This document shows positions 38,773 through 53,000 of a stretch of 64,000 bases of DNA, piece after piece; the stretch's first letter is position 1, and each line of letters opens with the position of its first letter. The stretch is taken from contig NC_058368.1 of the NCBI RefSeq assembly GCF_018350175.1, positions 112,904,001 to 112,968,000 on the forward strand, written 5' to 3'. The position numbers were made by a program, and so were the translations under genes. The notes below the pieces were generated by a model that made no database searches, was not told the origin of the DNA, and was given only the letters and a program-made list of their open reading frames with translations. The stretch comes from Felis catus (Eukaryota).

Positions 38773-41700
38773 AAAGGAAATTTATGAGATAATGAATGAT
38801 AGTGCGCCTTTATTGCGAGAAAAAAGTCAATATCGAACTAATTAAAGCACTGAGTTTAAAGACTGGGTTTTATGGTTATACTGTTAGCACTGTTGTCCAT
38901 CTCCCTCTCCTTTTTCCTCTGTTCTCCAGAACTCTACCAAGATTCCAGCCATTTAAAGGACCCGGCACATATAGTGAGTAGTGTATTCATGGTATGACTC
39001 CACATGAAAAGGGACCTTCTGTAACTTACATATGGATTTAATTAATGAAGCATATAGAGCAACCTCTGGGCAAAGAAACCATTTTAGCCATTCTTCACAA
39101 ATGTTTCCATAACTAGAATCACAGAGAGGAAGCTGGGTGACTTCCCCAGGCTAATAGCAGAAGGAGGAGTGGCAGTGGAAGCAAGCTTGCCAAATTCCAG
39201 AGATGAAGACAGACGTGCCACAGGAAGAAAGCTGTGGTCTTTATGTTCTGCCATGATCTTTTGGGTCTGCATCCCTGGATGAACTCTCTTTGAGATTCCA
39301 CGAGGTTTTCGTGTCACCAGTAGCCTCGAAAGCGGGCAAAAAAAGCTTTGAGTAAGCCTTTGGGTGGGATCAATACAGTGAAACCACTGTCAGCCACACA
39401 TCGTTGCCCCACTAAGGAATGTTACCCGAGATCAGAACAAGTGATGTAGACAAGTGTTCATATTATTATGCTTAGTGGGAAAAAAAACAGGTTACAAATT
39501 AAGCATGAATAGGGAATGAATTCCCATCCTTAGACACACATGCAGGTGGGCATAGAAAATAATAGGGAAATATATAAAAATATTAATAGTTTAAACTTGT
39601 GAGTCATGGCATTACCTTTTTTTTTTCCATTTTCTTCTTTATTCTCTTCAAAATATTTACATTCCTGATGCATTAGTTTTATCATAATAAAAAGTTTTAG
39701 ACAACACTGTATGCTTATGTATACCCTGCCCTGTGATTATTTCCACTTTATTCCCTGTGTGTCTAAATGATAATCTTTTCTCGCCAAGTGGAATTACGCT
39801 TGTGGCGTACGGGCACAAAGCCTCCTATTTTATGTGCTTTGCTGCCTTTATGTTAGATTCTCACCTTTCATCAGTTTCTGGGTGGACACGTTTGCTGCCC
39901 AAGCTTGCTTTCTTTGAGCAATTGAAAGAAATAGAATGCTAGAGACCAAAATTAGGGATGATTATGTAAAACTGGTCAAAATATTGATTGCCTAATTTTA
40001 TCTTAAAACTCTGTATAGTCTTCTCAGTCAAGCCATGCAAGATTTTAGAATGTCATCCTTCCCTGAGAGCCCCCTGCTAACTCCGGACGCTTCCCTTAGT
40101 AAGGCAGATGATTCAGACAAGATGCCCGAGAGCACATTGCCTTCAGGATGGGTGTCAGTTTGTGTACAGAAGTCGAGGATTAGGAGAAAATATTGAAGAA
40201 TGAGTAGGATTTTTGTTGTAGAACATTACAAAACAGAACCGCCCATTATCATATCAGAGCTTGTAGAAAACTATGGTGAACGAAACAGATAAGGTCTTCA
40301 TTTCATGGAACTAACCCCTTTGATGTAGATGGAAATCCTCTCAGCAAATATGTAACTTGGGGTCATTTTTCCTAATCTCTTGTTGCCTCATTTATTCATT
40401 CATTCCCTCTCTTACTTGCTCACTAATTCATGCAAACGCAATTCAAAAATGTTCGGTATAACACTTTGCTAGGCTTTGAGGGAATATAGGGTGTACAATA
40501 TTTGGTTCGCCATCTTTCTAATGAAATTCATCACCCAAAAGACATCCACTTTTCTTATCAGTGATGTATATTACTTGAACTTCAAGTTTTCTCAGCCCTC
40601 AGTCCTCAACTTAAAATGGCTACATTGCATGCCACTCCTTTTTTGAATCTGTTAAGTGTAAATTTGGACATAATTTAGAACACGTGAATTTTGAATATGC
40701 CAAATTTTATTGGATTCCTTCCCATCTCCAGATAACTGAGAAATAAGGAAACAAGATTTCTCTCTGCCTATTAAACTTTAAATCAAAGGAATGAAGACCT
40801 CATTTTCTGACTTATGGGAACTGGCTGTGGTGGCCAGTGCTGGCCTTGTTCAGGTAATGCCTCTGCCATTGCCATGAATTAAGCCTTGACAATAGAAATT
40901 TTACCATATAGAATCAATTAAAGAATTCAGAAAAGTTAAGAGGGCCAAAGGGGAAATGCATACATTATTAGGTGAAAAAATAAATTTCCTAGAGGTATTG
41001 CTTAGAAATATGGTTTCAGGGAGAGCTCTAGAAGCTTTCTTTCCTTTTGTTATCCTAAAAATGGAATGGATTCTGGCAGAAGGTCTTACATCATTTTTCC
41101 TGCCAAGATGAATTCTAAGCTAGGCATTTTCTAGTAAACATCCTTGTTTGCAAGAATTGCTTCCCTGATACTGTGATATAAGGCTGCCATTCCCTTTAAT
41201 CTAAGTCATATATGTTTCACTATCTGATTATTCAAACTTTTGCAACCAGAGACACAAAAATAAATTACTTTGGCTGATTTCCTGAGGTGTTGGGGTAGGT
41301 GCTGTCATTTATAGACACAGGTAAGGAGACATGTATTGAGGGGCAAGGGAATCTGCCTGTGAAACTTTTTCTGTTTTATTGCAACATGATGGAATATGAA
41401 CATCATCACATATTGTGTTTTCATCCACTGATTGAATAGGTCTTTACTCCTGGGTGATAATGACTATACAAATAATTGATGACTCACTAACAAGAGAAAT
41501 AGGGATTTATAGTCAGTCATCTTATAAAAAGCCCAAAATGCCATTTGAAACTGGAAAAAAATGTAAGAAAAATATAAATTTCCCATGATACTCCACCAAT
41601 CAGAGCTTTCTGTCGCCATTAAAAGGTACCTCTGTCTCTATTACAAGACCAGCAGCTGGGTCATCTACCAAGGTCCTGCCTTCATGGAGTTTGTGCTTCA

Positions 41701-42284
41701 CCCCCAGGCATGGCCTCAGGGATTTCCCTTTCTTGCCAAATATAATTCTGTCTAGGAACTGACTTGATGTTTCAATAGATTTATTCTCTTGGCATGCTGT
41801 GTGCTAAACAACTGAGTGATTTTCTTTAAAAAGTCGTATACCAGGTCAGTTTAGTGAACAGAGCATTTGGGACTGATGTCTGGTCAACACTTATTTAAAT
41901 TTTGCACAATCAAAGAGGGACACTTCTTTCATTTCTAAATATTTATTGAGGGCTTAGTTTACACTACGTGATGTTCTGGGCCCTGGAATTTTGGCGGTAA
42001 AAAAGACAGGTAAATTTCCTTCTCTCATGACATGTGTGAGTATGTTGGAGAAGAACCACAATAAGCAAATTTGCAAAAAGACAGTGAGAAGGAGGGAGAG
42101 GGTTGGGGAGCAAAGGCAACAATGAAAGAGAGGAAGGAAGGAGAAAAGAGAGGAAGGGAAGGAAGGAAGGAAGAAAGGAAGGAAGGGGCAGTAAGAACTC
42201 TGAAGGAAACCGGGGTTAGAATATATGTATGTAAATCGTGGTGTTTATATATCTCACAACTTTAGTTGAAAGCTATGTGATTTT

Positions 42285-42370
42285 AAAGTTCAGAGGCCTT
42301 TGTAACTATGGTTTTCTCTGTTAATAAAATGCTTTTTCTTGTTAAAAAAAATAAAGTTCAGAGGCCTTTG
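42285..42370 (+). pseudogene. Micro-retrocopy of an mRNA 3' end (~50 bp) with an 18-bp TSD
   Basis: TSD AAAGTTCAGAGGCCTTTG at 42285-42302 and 42353-42370; insert has AATAAA (42323-42328) and an A-tract; TTTT/AAAG L1 endonuclease site. Confidence 0.75.
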
Positions 42371-43997
42371 GTAACCAGGCACATCTGGGTTATCTCATGG
42401 ATGGATCATGGCCATGTTGGTCTCTGCAGTGCTCCTAAAAGACTGTAACTCCCTACAGTAACTCCGTACTCCCCACTCCCACAATAGAAAGAGCACTGAG
42501 TTTCAATTATTCTCCCCTTTGTAAGAGTCATAAATGATATTATCATAGGAAAGATTCTGAAAAGTCTTGCAATACCTACTTGATTAACAGTTCCCCAAAC
42601 TTTTTTGATACAGAATTTTTATTTCCTGTCCTACTTATTAACCCTCCCACCTTACTTGTGTTCCAGTGGTTATCACATGGGTAGGATGCCTAGTGGGAGA
42701 GGCATCATTAAACATAATGCCTCATCAGCTAGACACTCAGACTTACTAGAGAGTAGCCAAAAGACAGTAAAAAAGCAGCATCCACACTCTTGAAATTTAT
42801 AATACAAGTATGGGTCAGTTCAGTTCTAGGGTTACCCAACCCTAGAGAGATGGGTAAGGCACAGGAAGATGCGATATAATAGGGTAAGTATTTACATGTA
42901 AATTAAAAATTTTAATTTAGTATTACTTGATACAGTAAAAATAAAGGCACAGAATCCCAGGGAAGCACAGAGCTCACCTAGGTAAGCTGAAAGAGATGTA
43001 AGGGCTATAGTGGAAGATTTCTTAAAGGAGGTGATAGGAATTATACATGAAACATTACAGGGGACCAATCCATGACAGTACAGGAATTACATTTATAACG
43101 TCACCTGGAGAATGATTCGTGACAGTACATGATCAAGAACCGAATCATGTAGTTCACATGGTGTATCCTATATGAATTCCGGAACTGGAAGAAAGGTCAT
43201 GGACACTTGGTAGGATATGGGTGTTCGTTAAAATAGTGGAACATGAGCAGGATCTTGAGAGAAGTGGGGCCAATAATTATTTATAATTATCTATAATTAA
43301 TAATGTTATTAGTTATTACTAATTGATTCTAGGGACCTTCTCTGTATTGCACTGTATACTTTGCCAAAGACTTCCCACAGCACCTTCTTCACTCTCCCCC
43401 ACTCCGTAGGCCCCCACGGTGGGTGTCACTGTTGTAGTCTTCCAAAGATGAGGAAAGGAACTTTCAGAATTCAAAGGACTTGTTGAAGGTTACCTAAAGG
43501 TCAGGGCAAGAGTTGAGAATCCCCTCACCCCTGCTGCTGACATCTGTAATTTTCACCGTGATGCTGACTACATTATCTGAACCCAACGTATAGTGACAAG
43601 GCAGCTGATGTTTAAGAGCGTATTTTGAGTTATAAGAAAAACAGGTTAAGAAATACCGTGTCCACGCAAGACAGCTTTTGATGTTAACGCATTTGCTAGA
43701 TCAAGTTCCCTTTGGATTCCTGATATACCAGGGCTTGATGATAAACTTTTACAAAATATTCACTACCTATATATGAATTATAAACTCTGTTTAGGTCTGT
43801 GTGAAATAATGGTACCAAAGAAATTTTATTTTATGTTTGAAGTTGATATCACACTTGTAAAAGCTTCCCTTCTCAGTGCTGCTCTGTTTCTGGAAAATGA
43901 ACATTAAATATAGAGCTCAGGATTTTGTCTCCTCAAAGAAGAGGACGTATGAGAACAATAGGGAAGGAGAGGTCTCTGCTTTAAAAGACATTGTTTA

Positions 43998-44222
43998 GGG
44001 GCGCCTGGGTGGCGCAGTCGGTTAAGCGTCCAACTTCAGCCAGGTCACGATCTCGCGGTCCGGGAGTTCGAGCCCCGCGTCGGGCTCTGGGCTGATGGCT
44101 CAGAGCCTGGAGCCTGTTTCCGATTCTGTGTCTCCCTCTCTCTCTGCCCCTCCCCTGTTCATGCTCTGTCTCTCTCTGTCCCAAAAATAAATAAACGTTG
44201 AAGAAAAAAAAAATTAAAAAAA
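43998..44222 (+). mobile_element. Young felid SINE (SINEC_Fc-type)
   Basis: CpG-rich intact head; perfect TSD AAAAGACATTGTTTA. Confidence 0.97.
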
Positions 44223-44768
44223 AAAAGACATTGTTTAGTTAGAATCAACGTTGTTGTAATATCGGTATTACAAATATTTGTGAGTCTCCCTGCTCTTGGA
44301 GAAACAGAACTTAAAGGTGGAATCTCGGTGTCTTGGTCTTTGGGAATTTTCTCCTTACATCACCATGTCTGTTTGGTAAAGAAGAGGTCTGCTTCATCTT
44401 GCATTTCTATTTGAAAGAAAAACCTGATTGGGGATCTATTTTGTTTTCATGTTGCTAAAAATCATATTTATAAGTTCTACCTTTCATGGTTACTCCAAAA
44501 ATATTTTTTTTAAAGAAAGGTTATACTTGTCACAGAGATTCAATAATGTCAAATATATGTCCAAAAAATCCTAAATTTCTTAAGAGATTATTTATTACAT
44601 TTGATACTAGATGGGCTTAATGATGATTTGTTTTTTGAGTAGGGGATATGTGACATGCATGGTTAACATTTTCTATACACATACGGGCAACGTGGCATGT
44701 GATTTGCCTTCTCATGCTGCATATAGAGATAGTAGATGAACAAACAGTATTTAAAAATAAATCCTGGA

Positions 44769-44995
44769 GGGGTGCCTGGGTGGTTGGTTAAGCGTCCGAC
44801 TTCGGCTCAGGTCATGATCTCACGGTGCGTGAGTTCGAGCCCCGCGTCGGGCTCTGTGCTGACAGCTCAGAGCCTGGAGCCTGTTTCAGATTCTGTGTCT
44901 CCCTCTCTCCCTACCCCTCCCCTGTTCATGCTCTGTCTCTCTCTGTCTCAAAAATAATTAAATGTTACAAAAAAAATTTTTTTTAATAAAAATAA
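44769..44995 (+). mobile_element. Can-SINE
   Basis: Head, (CT)n, A-tail; TSD AAAAATAAATCCTGGAG. Confidence 0.95.
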
Positions 44996-46074
44996 AAATA
45001 AATCCTGGAGAGGTGGGTTTTAACCTTTGTCCCCAAGAGCCTCAATTTTCTCATCTCTAACAGTGGGTAAATAAGGAGAGAAAATATAAATGAATAAACA
45101 CAACCTCTTTCCCTTCTTTAGTTCTGCTTCCTCAGGACCTGGTTTTCTTGTAGCCCTGTCAAGAGGTTATCAGTTCTCTTTCTCTACCATGACCCCAAAG
45201 TCTCTTTCTCTACCATGACTCCGGAGTGGAGTATGTGACCCTTCTTGCTTCCAACTGTTACTTCCAAACCATTTCTTCCCATCCAACGGGTAAATGAACA
45301 TCAAACAAAGACCATCTTTTCCTCTTGGGCCCTGTGACATCCAGACTCCCCACGTCTCACCTTTCAAATGCCTTCCTGCCACTTTCACACTCTCCCATGT
45401 ATCAGACAGGTGGTCCCTGTCTTACCATCTTTCTCTCAACCCTCAGCCCAGCTATTGTCCTGGGTGACTTCATGGCTACATGGACAACCCATCCAACAAC
45501 CTGGCCTCTCAGCCCCCTGTCCTCCTCACCTTTCACGTTGTGGCCATTCTACCCCAGTTTTCCAGTCTGATCTTCATCATCTTCTAAAACAGCCATCTTG
45601 CAAGAGTCACGGATTCAAGCCTTCCCCATCTCTGGCACCAGGGTCTTCCCTGTTCCTCCGCTGTCACCTCCTCTCTTCTTCAGCCATACAGAAACATCCC
45701 TTCCTTTACATTCCTCTCTGCCCAGCTTATATTCCAACAACTCTGTTCACGCTATCCTCAACACATCTGCACCTCTGTCTTAAAATAGCCATCTAGCAGA
45801 ACCGCAATTTGGAAGCAACCACATTATGTCTTTTCTCCATGCTCGCGCTAAACAATTGTGTCGGGCTTGGCAAAAATCACACAGTAGGACAGAATGTACC
45901 ACTAAAAACGAGGCATCATAAAATGAAGTAGACCTTCTACATTCTCATAGTGCTGCTGTGCATAGATGCTGACTAATCATAACACTAGTATTTCAAACCT
46001 CCTCCTCCCTCCTATATCCTTGGACCTCAGCCATCTAATCTTTCCCTTGCAGTCTCAGTAGTTGGTCCCAACTC

Positions 46075-46285
46075 TTTTTAAACATGTTTTATTTATTTAT
46101 TTTGAGAGAGAGAGGGAGCATGAGTGATGGAGGGGCGGAGTAAGAGGGATGGAGAGAATCCTAAGCAGGCTCTGGGTAGTCAGTGCAGAGCCCAGTGCAG
46201 GACTTAATCCCATGAACCATGAGATCATGACCTGAGTCAAGATCAGGAGTCCAGAACTTAAGTGACTGAGCCACCCACATGCCCC
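46075..46285 (-). mobile_element. Can-SINE
   Basis: Reverse SINE; TSD CCCAACTCTT. Confidence 0.92.
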
Positions 46286-46644
46286 AACCCCAACTCTTGC
46301 TTCATAAGGAAAACTGAAGCCATTGTATGGGAAATGCTCTCAGCTTCCTAGCGAGAAATCTAGACCTGTCTCCAGCTGGTTTTGCTCTCTCTTCTTCTTG
46401 TATCTGCTCTTCTCAGGACCTTCATGGACAATAGATTGTCTTTGTCTTTCTCACTTAAATCTTCTTCCTGAAACCATGTTCTTCTAAACATGCTCAGGTC
46501 CTTCTGTATTAAAAACAAATAAGCAAAACCAACTCTCCCTAAGAATATCCTCCTGATACCATACCACACCCCCTGCTTCCCTTCTCTTTACGCTCTATCA
46601 TCCTGTAAGAATTGCCTTTACTCCTATCTCCAGTTCCTCAACTC

Positions 46645-46990
46645 TTTTTTTCCCTCAATTTATTTATTTAAATTAAAGTTAACATACAATATAGTATTGG
46701 CTTTAGGAGTAAAACCTAGTGATTAATCACTTACATATAACACCCATTGCTCATCCCAACAAGTGCCCTCCTTAATGTCCATTACGCATTTAGCCCGTTC
46801 CTACCCCCAACACCCTCCCAGAATCCCCCAGGTTGTTCTCTGTATTTAAGAGTCACTTATGATTTGCTTCCCTGTTTTCATTTTATTTTTCCTTCCCTTT
46901 CCCTATCTTCATCCGTTATTTTTTTTTAATTCCACATATGAGTGAAATCATATATTTGTCTTTCACTGCCTCATTTATTTCATTTAGCAC
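46645..46990 (-). mobile_element. Carnivore L1 3' end fragment
   Basis: Antisense L1 3'UTR similar to 53800-54060 (CTCATCCCAACAAGTGCCCTC; TTCCACATATGAGTGAAATCAT). Confidence 0.85.
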
Positions 46991-49115
46991 TTCTTACCTC
47001 TCAATCCACTTCCAGATGACTTCTCCTCACATCAAGTCAGCAACATACTGATTGCTAAGATAACCAGTAACCAAATCTCTAAATCCCATGGCCATCTTTC
47101 AACCTCTCTGTAGCATTTCTTGAAGTTAACTGATTACTTTCTTTCCTCTCCAACTACAATCTCTCTTTGGCTTCTCTGACATGGCATCTACTTGATGTAT
47201 CCCTAACATCTCTGTCCAATGTCTCTTTAGGCCATTGTCAAGTCTTCATCATAGAGGCTATTTCATTCTCTACTTTTGACTCCATACTTTCTGCCTAGGT
47301 TGTCTCATTGATAGCCATGGATTCAATTATTGCTTGTGCACAAGGACCCATTAATTGAAATCTTCAGCCTGGTTTCCAGCACATATATTTGACTGCCTAC
47401 ATGACATCTATAGTTGGATGCTTCTAAGTACCTTGCTCTCAACATATCCAAAATAACAATAACAGTTTAGTCCCTTTCTAATGTCCTCTGTTTCGGTGAA
47501 CAGATCCCCATCCATCCAGTCCCATAAGCCAGAATCCTAGGATCCAAACTTGACTTCCTTCTCCCTTACCTCTGCACGTTTAATCTATCAACAAGCATGC
47601 TCAACTTCTAAATCTGTGCATGTCTTGTGCCACTGCCAGAGTCTTAGTCAAAGTGGCCATAATTTTTCATCCATCTTCACTACACAGTTAGCCAAATATT
47701 TTCAAAATGCACACTGATCAGGCCTCATGCCTGCTCTTAGCTTGGAGTCCATTGTATTTAACATGGTCTTCAAGGCCCTTCTTCTGTTTACTCATGCATT
47801 GCTTGATTCATTCTTTTAAGAAAATACAGGCATACCTTGAAGATACTGTAGGTTCTGTTCCAAATTGCTGTAAGAAAGCAAAGCAAGCATTGTAAAAAAA
47901 AAAGCAAGTTAAATAATTTTTTTGTTTTCCCAGTGCATATAGTTCTGTTTATACTTTAGTGTGGTCTGTTGAGTGTGCCATAGCATTATGTCTAAAAAAA
48001 CTCAATGTATACATTTTAATTAAAGGAAGTTTTATTGCTAAAAAATGTTAGCCGCCATCTGAGCTTTCAGCAAGTCATGATCGTTTTGGTGGTGGAGACT
48101 CTTGCTCAAAGTTGATGGCTCCTGACTGAGCAGGGTAGTGGCTGCTGAAGTTTGGGGCAACTGTGGCACTTTCTTAAAGTAGGACAACAGTGAAGTTTGC
48201 TGCATCGATAGACTCTTCCTTTCACAAACGATTTCTCTGTAGCATGTAATGTTTGTTTGATTGCATAGGAGACCTTCTTTTAAAATTGGAGTCAGTCCTC
48301 CCAAACCTTGCTGCTGCATCATCGACTAAGTTTATGTAATATTCTACATCCTTTGTTATAATTTCAGCAGTCATCACCAGGAGTAGATTCAGTCTCAAGA
48401 CACTACTTTCTGGGAGGGGCAACCCGCCTGGCAAGGTGGAATCCCCAAGTCAGGCTTGCAAAAGCAGAGGGGCCAGACTGCATGAGTTCTGACAGCCAGT
48501 GGGACTTAAAATCTGGAATGTTATAAGTCAACAGCTCTGCTCGGAGCAAGAGGGTGAGAGGACACTGGGAGGGAGAGGTGTTGGCCCCGGAAGACAGAGG
48601 TCAGCTCCGTGGGGAACAAAGGCGCTGGTCAGTGTCATCTCCTTCTCCCATCCCCTAGGCGAAACCCCAAAGGGAACCTGTTCACGGAACTTGCTTGCAC
48701 TGCGCAGACACCCAAATTTGCACTTCTGTGGATCCATCCCTCCGATGGGTAGGCCTCTCTCCCAGTCGCTGCAGGGCCCCTCCCACAGGAGACCACTGAC
48801 TGCAAAGTGAGCTGAGCCTGCCCCTCCTGCCCATGTGCCCCTTGCGAACCCACCCCTGCTAATACACCACATCCCATCAAAGCAGCACCACAAGCCTGGC
48901 AATGTGCAAGTAGCCCAGACAGGGGCCACACCACTCCACAGTGAGTCCTGCCAGTGGGAGAGTGGAAGATAAGGCACACACCAGTCTGACTGGCCCCAGC
49001 GGTGGGCTGGGGACAGACATCAGGTCTGACTGTGGCCCCGCCCATCAACACAAGTTACTCCAGACAGCACAGGGGAAGTGCCCTGCAGTTCCAAGCTACC
49101 CAGGGACTATCCAAA

Positions 49116-50005
49116 ATTACGAAATGGAAGAATTCTCCTCAAAAGAAACTCCAGGAAGTAGCAACAGCTAACGAATTGATCAAAAACAATTTAAGCAATA
49201 TAACGGAACAAGAATTTAGAATAATAGTCATAAAATTAATCACTGGGCTTGAAAAAAGTATAGAGGACATCAGAGAATCTATTGCTACAGAGATCAAGGG
49301 ACTAAGAAAGAGTCATGAGGAGCTAAAAAATGCTATAAAAGAGGTGCAAAATAAAATGGAGGTGACCACAGCTAGGATTAAAGAGGCAGAGGAGAGAATA
49401 GGTGAATTAGAAGACAAAATTATGGAAAAAGAGGAAGCTGAGAAAAGATTAAAAAAATCCAGGAGTATGAAGGGTGAATTAGAGAATTAAGTGATGCAAT
49501 CAAACGCAATAATATCTGTATAATAGGATTCCAGAAGAGGAAGAGAGAGAGAAAGGGGCTGAAGGTGTACTGGAAGAAATCATTGCTGAGAACTTCCCTG
49601 ATCTGGGGAAGGAAAAAGGCATTGAAATACAAGAGGCACAGAAAAATCCCTTCAGACGTAACTTGAATCTATCTTCTGCAAGACATATCATAGTGAAACT
49701 GGCAAAATACAAGGATAAAGAGAAAATTCTGAAAGTAGCTAGGGGTAAACATGCTCTAACTTATAAAGGGAGACCGATAAGACTAGTGACAGACCTACCT
49801 ACTGAAACTTGGCAGAACAGAAAGGAATGGCAGGAAATCTTCAATGTGATGAACAGAAAAAAATATGCAGCCGAGAATCCTTTATCCAGCAAGTCTGTCA
49901 TTTAGAATAGAAGGAGAGATAAAGGTCTTCCCAAACAAACAAAAACTGAAGGAATTTGTCACCACTAAACCAGCCCTACAAGAGATCCTAAGGGGGATCC
50001 TGTGA
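49116..50005 (+). pseudogene. L1 ORF1p, disrupted
   Basis: TKWKNSPQKKLQE...; RHIIVKLAKYKDKEKILK; start codon reads ATT, with frameshifts near 49445 and 49860. Confidence 0.9.
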
Positions 50006-50055
50006 GACAAAGTGCCAGAGACATCACTACAAGCACGAAACCTACAGACATCACA

Positions 50056-53000
50056 ATGACTCTAAACCCATATCTTTCTATAATAACACTGAATGTAAAT
50101 GGACTCAATGCTCCAACTGAAAGATATAGGTATCAGAATGGATAAAAAAAACAAGACCCATCTATTTGCTGTCTACAAGAGACTCATTTTAGACCTGAGG
50201 ACACCTTCAGATTGAAAGTGAGGGGATGGAGAACTATTTATCATGCTACTGGTAGTCAAAAGAAAGCTGGAGTAGCCATACTTATATCAGACAAACTAGA
50301 CTTTAAATTAAAGGCTGAAACAAGAGATGAAGAAGGGAATTATGTAATAATTACAGGGTCTATCCATCAAGAAGAGCTAACAATTATAAATGTCTATGTG
50401 CCAAATACAGGAGCCCCCAAATATATAAAACAATTAATCACAAACATAAGCAACCTTGTTGATAAGAATGTGGAAACTGCAGGGGACTTTAATACCCCAC
50501 TTACCACAATGGATGGATCATCTAGACACATGGTCAATAAAGAAACAAGGGCCCTGAATGATACATTGGATCAGATGGACTTGACAGATATATTTAGAAC
50601 TCTGCATCCCAAAGCAGCAGAATATACTTTCTTCTCGAGTGCACATGGAACATTCTCCAAGATAGATCACATACTGGGTGAAAAAACAGCCCTTCATAAG
50701 TATACAAGAATTGAGATCATACCATGCACACTTTCAGACCACAATGCTATGAAGCTTGAAATCAACCACAGGAAAAAGTCTGGAAAACCTCCAAAAGCAT
50801 GGAGGTTAAAGAACACCCTACTAAAGAATGAATGGGCCACCCAGGCAATTAGAAAAGAAATTAAAAAATATATATGGAAACAAATGAAAATGAAAATACA
50901 ACAATCCAAATGCTTTGGGATGCACCAAAGGCAGCCCTGAGAGGAAAATACATTGCAATCCAGGCCTATCTCAAGAAACAAGAAAAATCCCAAATACAAA
51001 ATCTAACAGCACACCTAAAGGAACTAGAAGCAGAACAGCAAAGACAGCCTAAACCCAGCAGAAGAAGAGAAATAATAAAGATCAGAGCAGAAATAAACAA
51101 TATAGAATCTTAAAAAACTGTAGAGCAGATCAATAAAACCAAGAGTTGGTTTTTTGAAAAAATAAACAAAATTGGTAAACCTCTAGCCAGGCTTCTCAAA
51201 AAAAAAAAAAAAAGGGAGATGACCCAAATAGATAAAATCATGAATGAAAATGGAATTATTACAACCAATCCCTCAGAAATACAAGCAATTATCAGGGAAT
51301 ACTATGAAAAATTATATGCCAACAAACTGGACAACCTGGAAGAAACAGACAAACTCCTAAGCACCCACACACTTCCAAAACTCAAACAGGAAGAAATAGA
51401 AAATTTGAACAGGCCCATAACCAGTGAAAAAATTGAATCAGTTATTGAAAATCTCCCAACAAAAAGGAGTCCAGCACCAGATGACTTCCCAGGGGAATTC
51501 TACCAGACGTTTAAAGCAGAGATAATACCTATCCTTCTCAAGCTGTTCCAAAAAATAGAAAGGGAAAGAAAACTTCCAGACTCATTCTTTGAAGCCAACA
51601 TTACTTTGATTCCTAAACCAGAGACCCAGCAAAAAAAGAACTACAGGCCAATATCCTTGATGAATATGGATGCAAAAATTCTCAACAAGATACTAGCAAA
51701 TCGAATTCAACAGCATATAAAACGAATTATTCACCATGATCAAGTGGGATTCATTCCTGGGCTGCAGGGCTGGTTCAACATTCGCAAATCAATCAATGTG
51801 ATACATCACATTAACAAAAGAAAAGATAAGAACCATATGATCCTGTCAATCGATGCAGAAAAAGCATTTGACAAAATTCAGCATTCTTTCTTAATAAAAA
51901 CCCTCGAAAAAGCCCACAGCTAATATCCTCAATGGGGAAAAACTGAGAGCTTTCCCCCTGAGATCAGGAACATGACAGGGATGTCCACCCTCACCGCTGT
52001 TGTTTAACATAGTGTTGGAAGTGCTAGCATCAGCAATCAGACAACAAAAGGAAATCAAAGGCATCAAAACTGGCAAAGATGAAGTCAAGCTTTTACTTTT
52101 TGCAGATGACATGATATTATACATGGAAAACCCGATAGACTCCACCAAAAGTCTGCTAGAACTGATACATGATTTCAGCAAAGTCGCAGGATATAAAATC
52201 AATGTACAGAAGTCAATTGCATTCTTACAAACTAATAATGAAGCAACAGAAAGACAAATAAAGAAACTGACCCCATTCACAATTGCACCAAGAAGCATAA
52301 AATACCTAGGAATAAACCTGACCAAAGATGCAAAGGAACTGTATGCTGAAAACTATAGAAAGCTTATGAAGGAAATTGAAGAAGATTTAAAGAAATGGAA
52401 AGACATTCCCTGCTCATGGATTGGAAGAATAAATATTGTCAAAATGTCAATACTACCCAAAGCTATCTACACATTCAATGCAATCCCAATCAAAATTGCA
52501 CCAGCATTCTTCTTGAAGCTAGACCAAGCAATCCTAAAGTTTGTATGGAACCACAAAAGGCCCTGAATAGTCAAAGTAATTTTGAAGAAGAAGACCAAAG
52601 CGGGAGGCATCACAATCCCAGATTTTAGCTTCTACTACAAAGCTGTAATCATCAAGACAGCATGGTATTCGCACAAAAACAGACACATAGACAATGGAAT
52701 AGAGTAGAAACCCCAGAATTAGACCCACAAAAGTATGGCCAACTAATCTTTGACAAAGCAGGAAAGAATATCCAATGGAAAAAAGGCAGTCTCTTTAACA
52801 AATGGTGCTGGGAGAACTGGACAGCAACATGCAGAAGGATGAATCTAGACCACTTTCTTACACAATTCAGAAAAATAAACTCAAAATGGATAAAGGACCT
52901 GAATGTGAGACAGGAAGCCATCAAAACCCTAGAGGAGAAAGCAGGAAAAAACCTCTCTAACCTCAACCGCAGCAATTTCTTACTTGACACACCCCAAAGG

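Noticed and set aside
40035..40196. Short ORF containing LPSGW, like the start of a WW domain
   Set aside because: The rest of the WW motif is absent and there is no good donor site.
43998..44080. tRNA-like A/B box sequence
   Set aside because: It is the tRNA-derived head of a Can-SINE, not a tRNA gene.
45175..45220. Duplicated TCTCTTTCTCTACCATGAC
   Set aside because: An ordinary short local duplication with no insert hallmarks.
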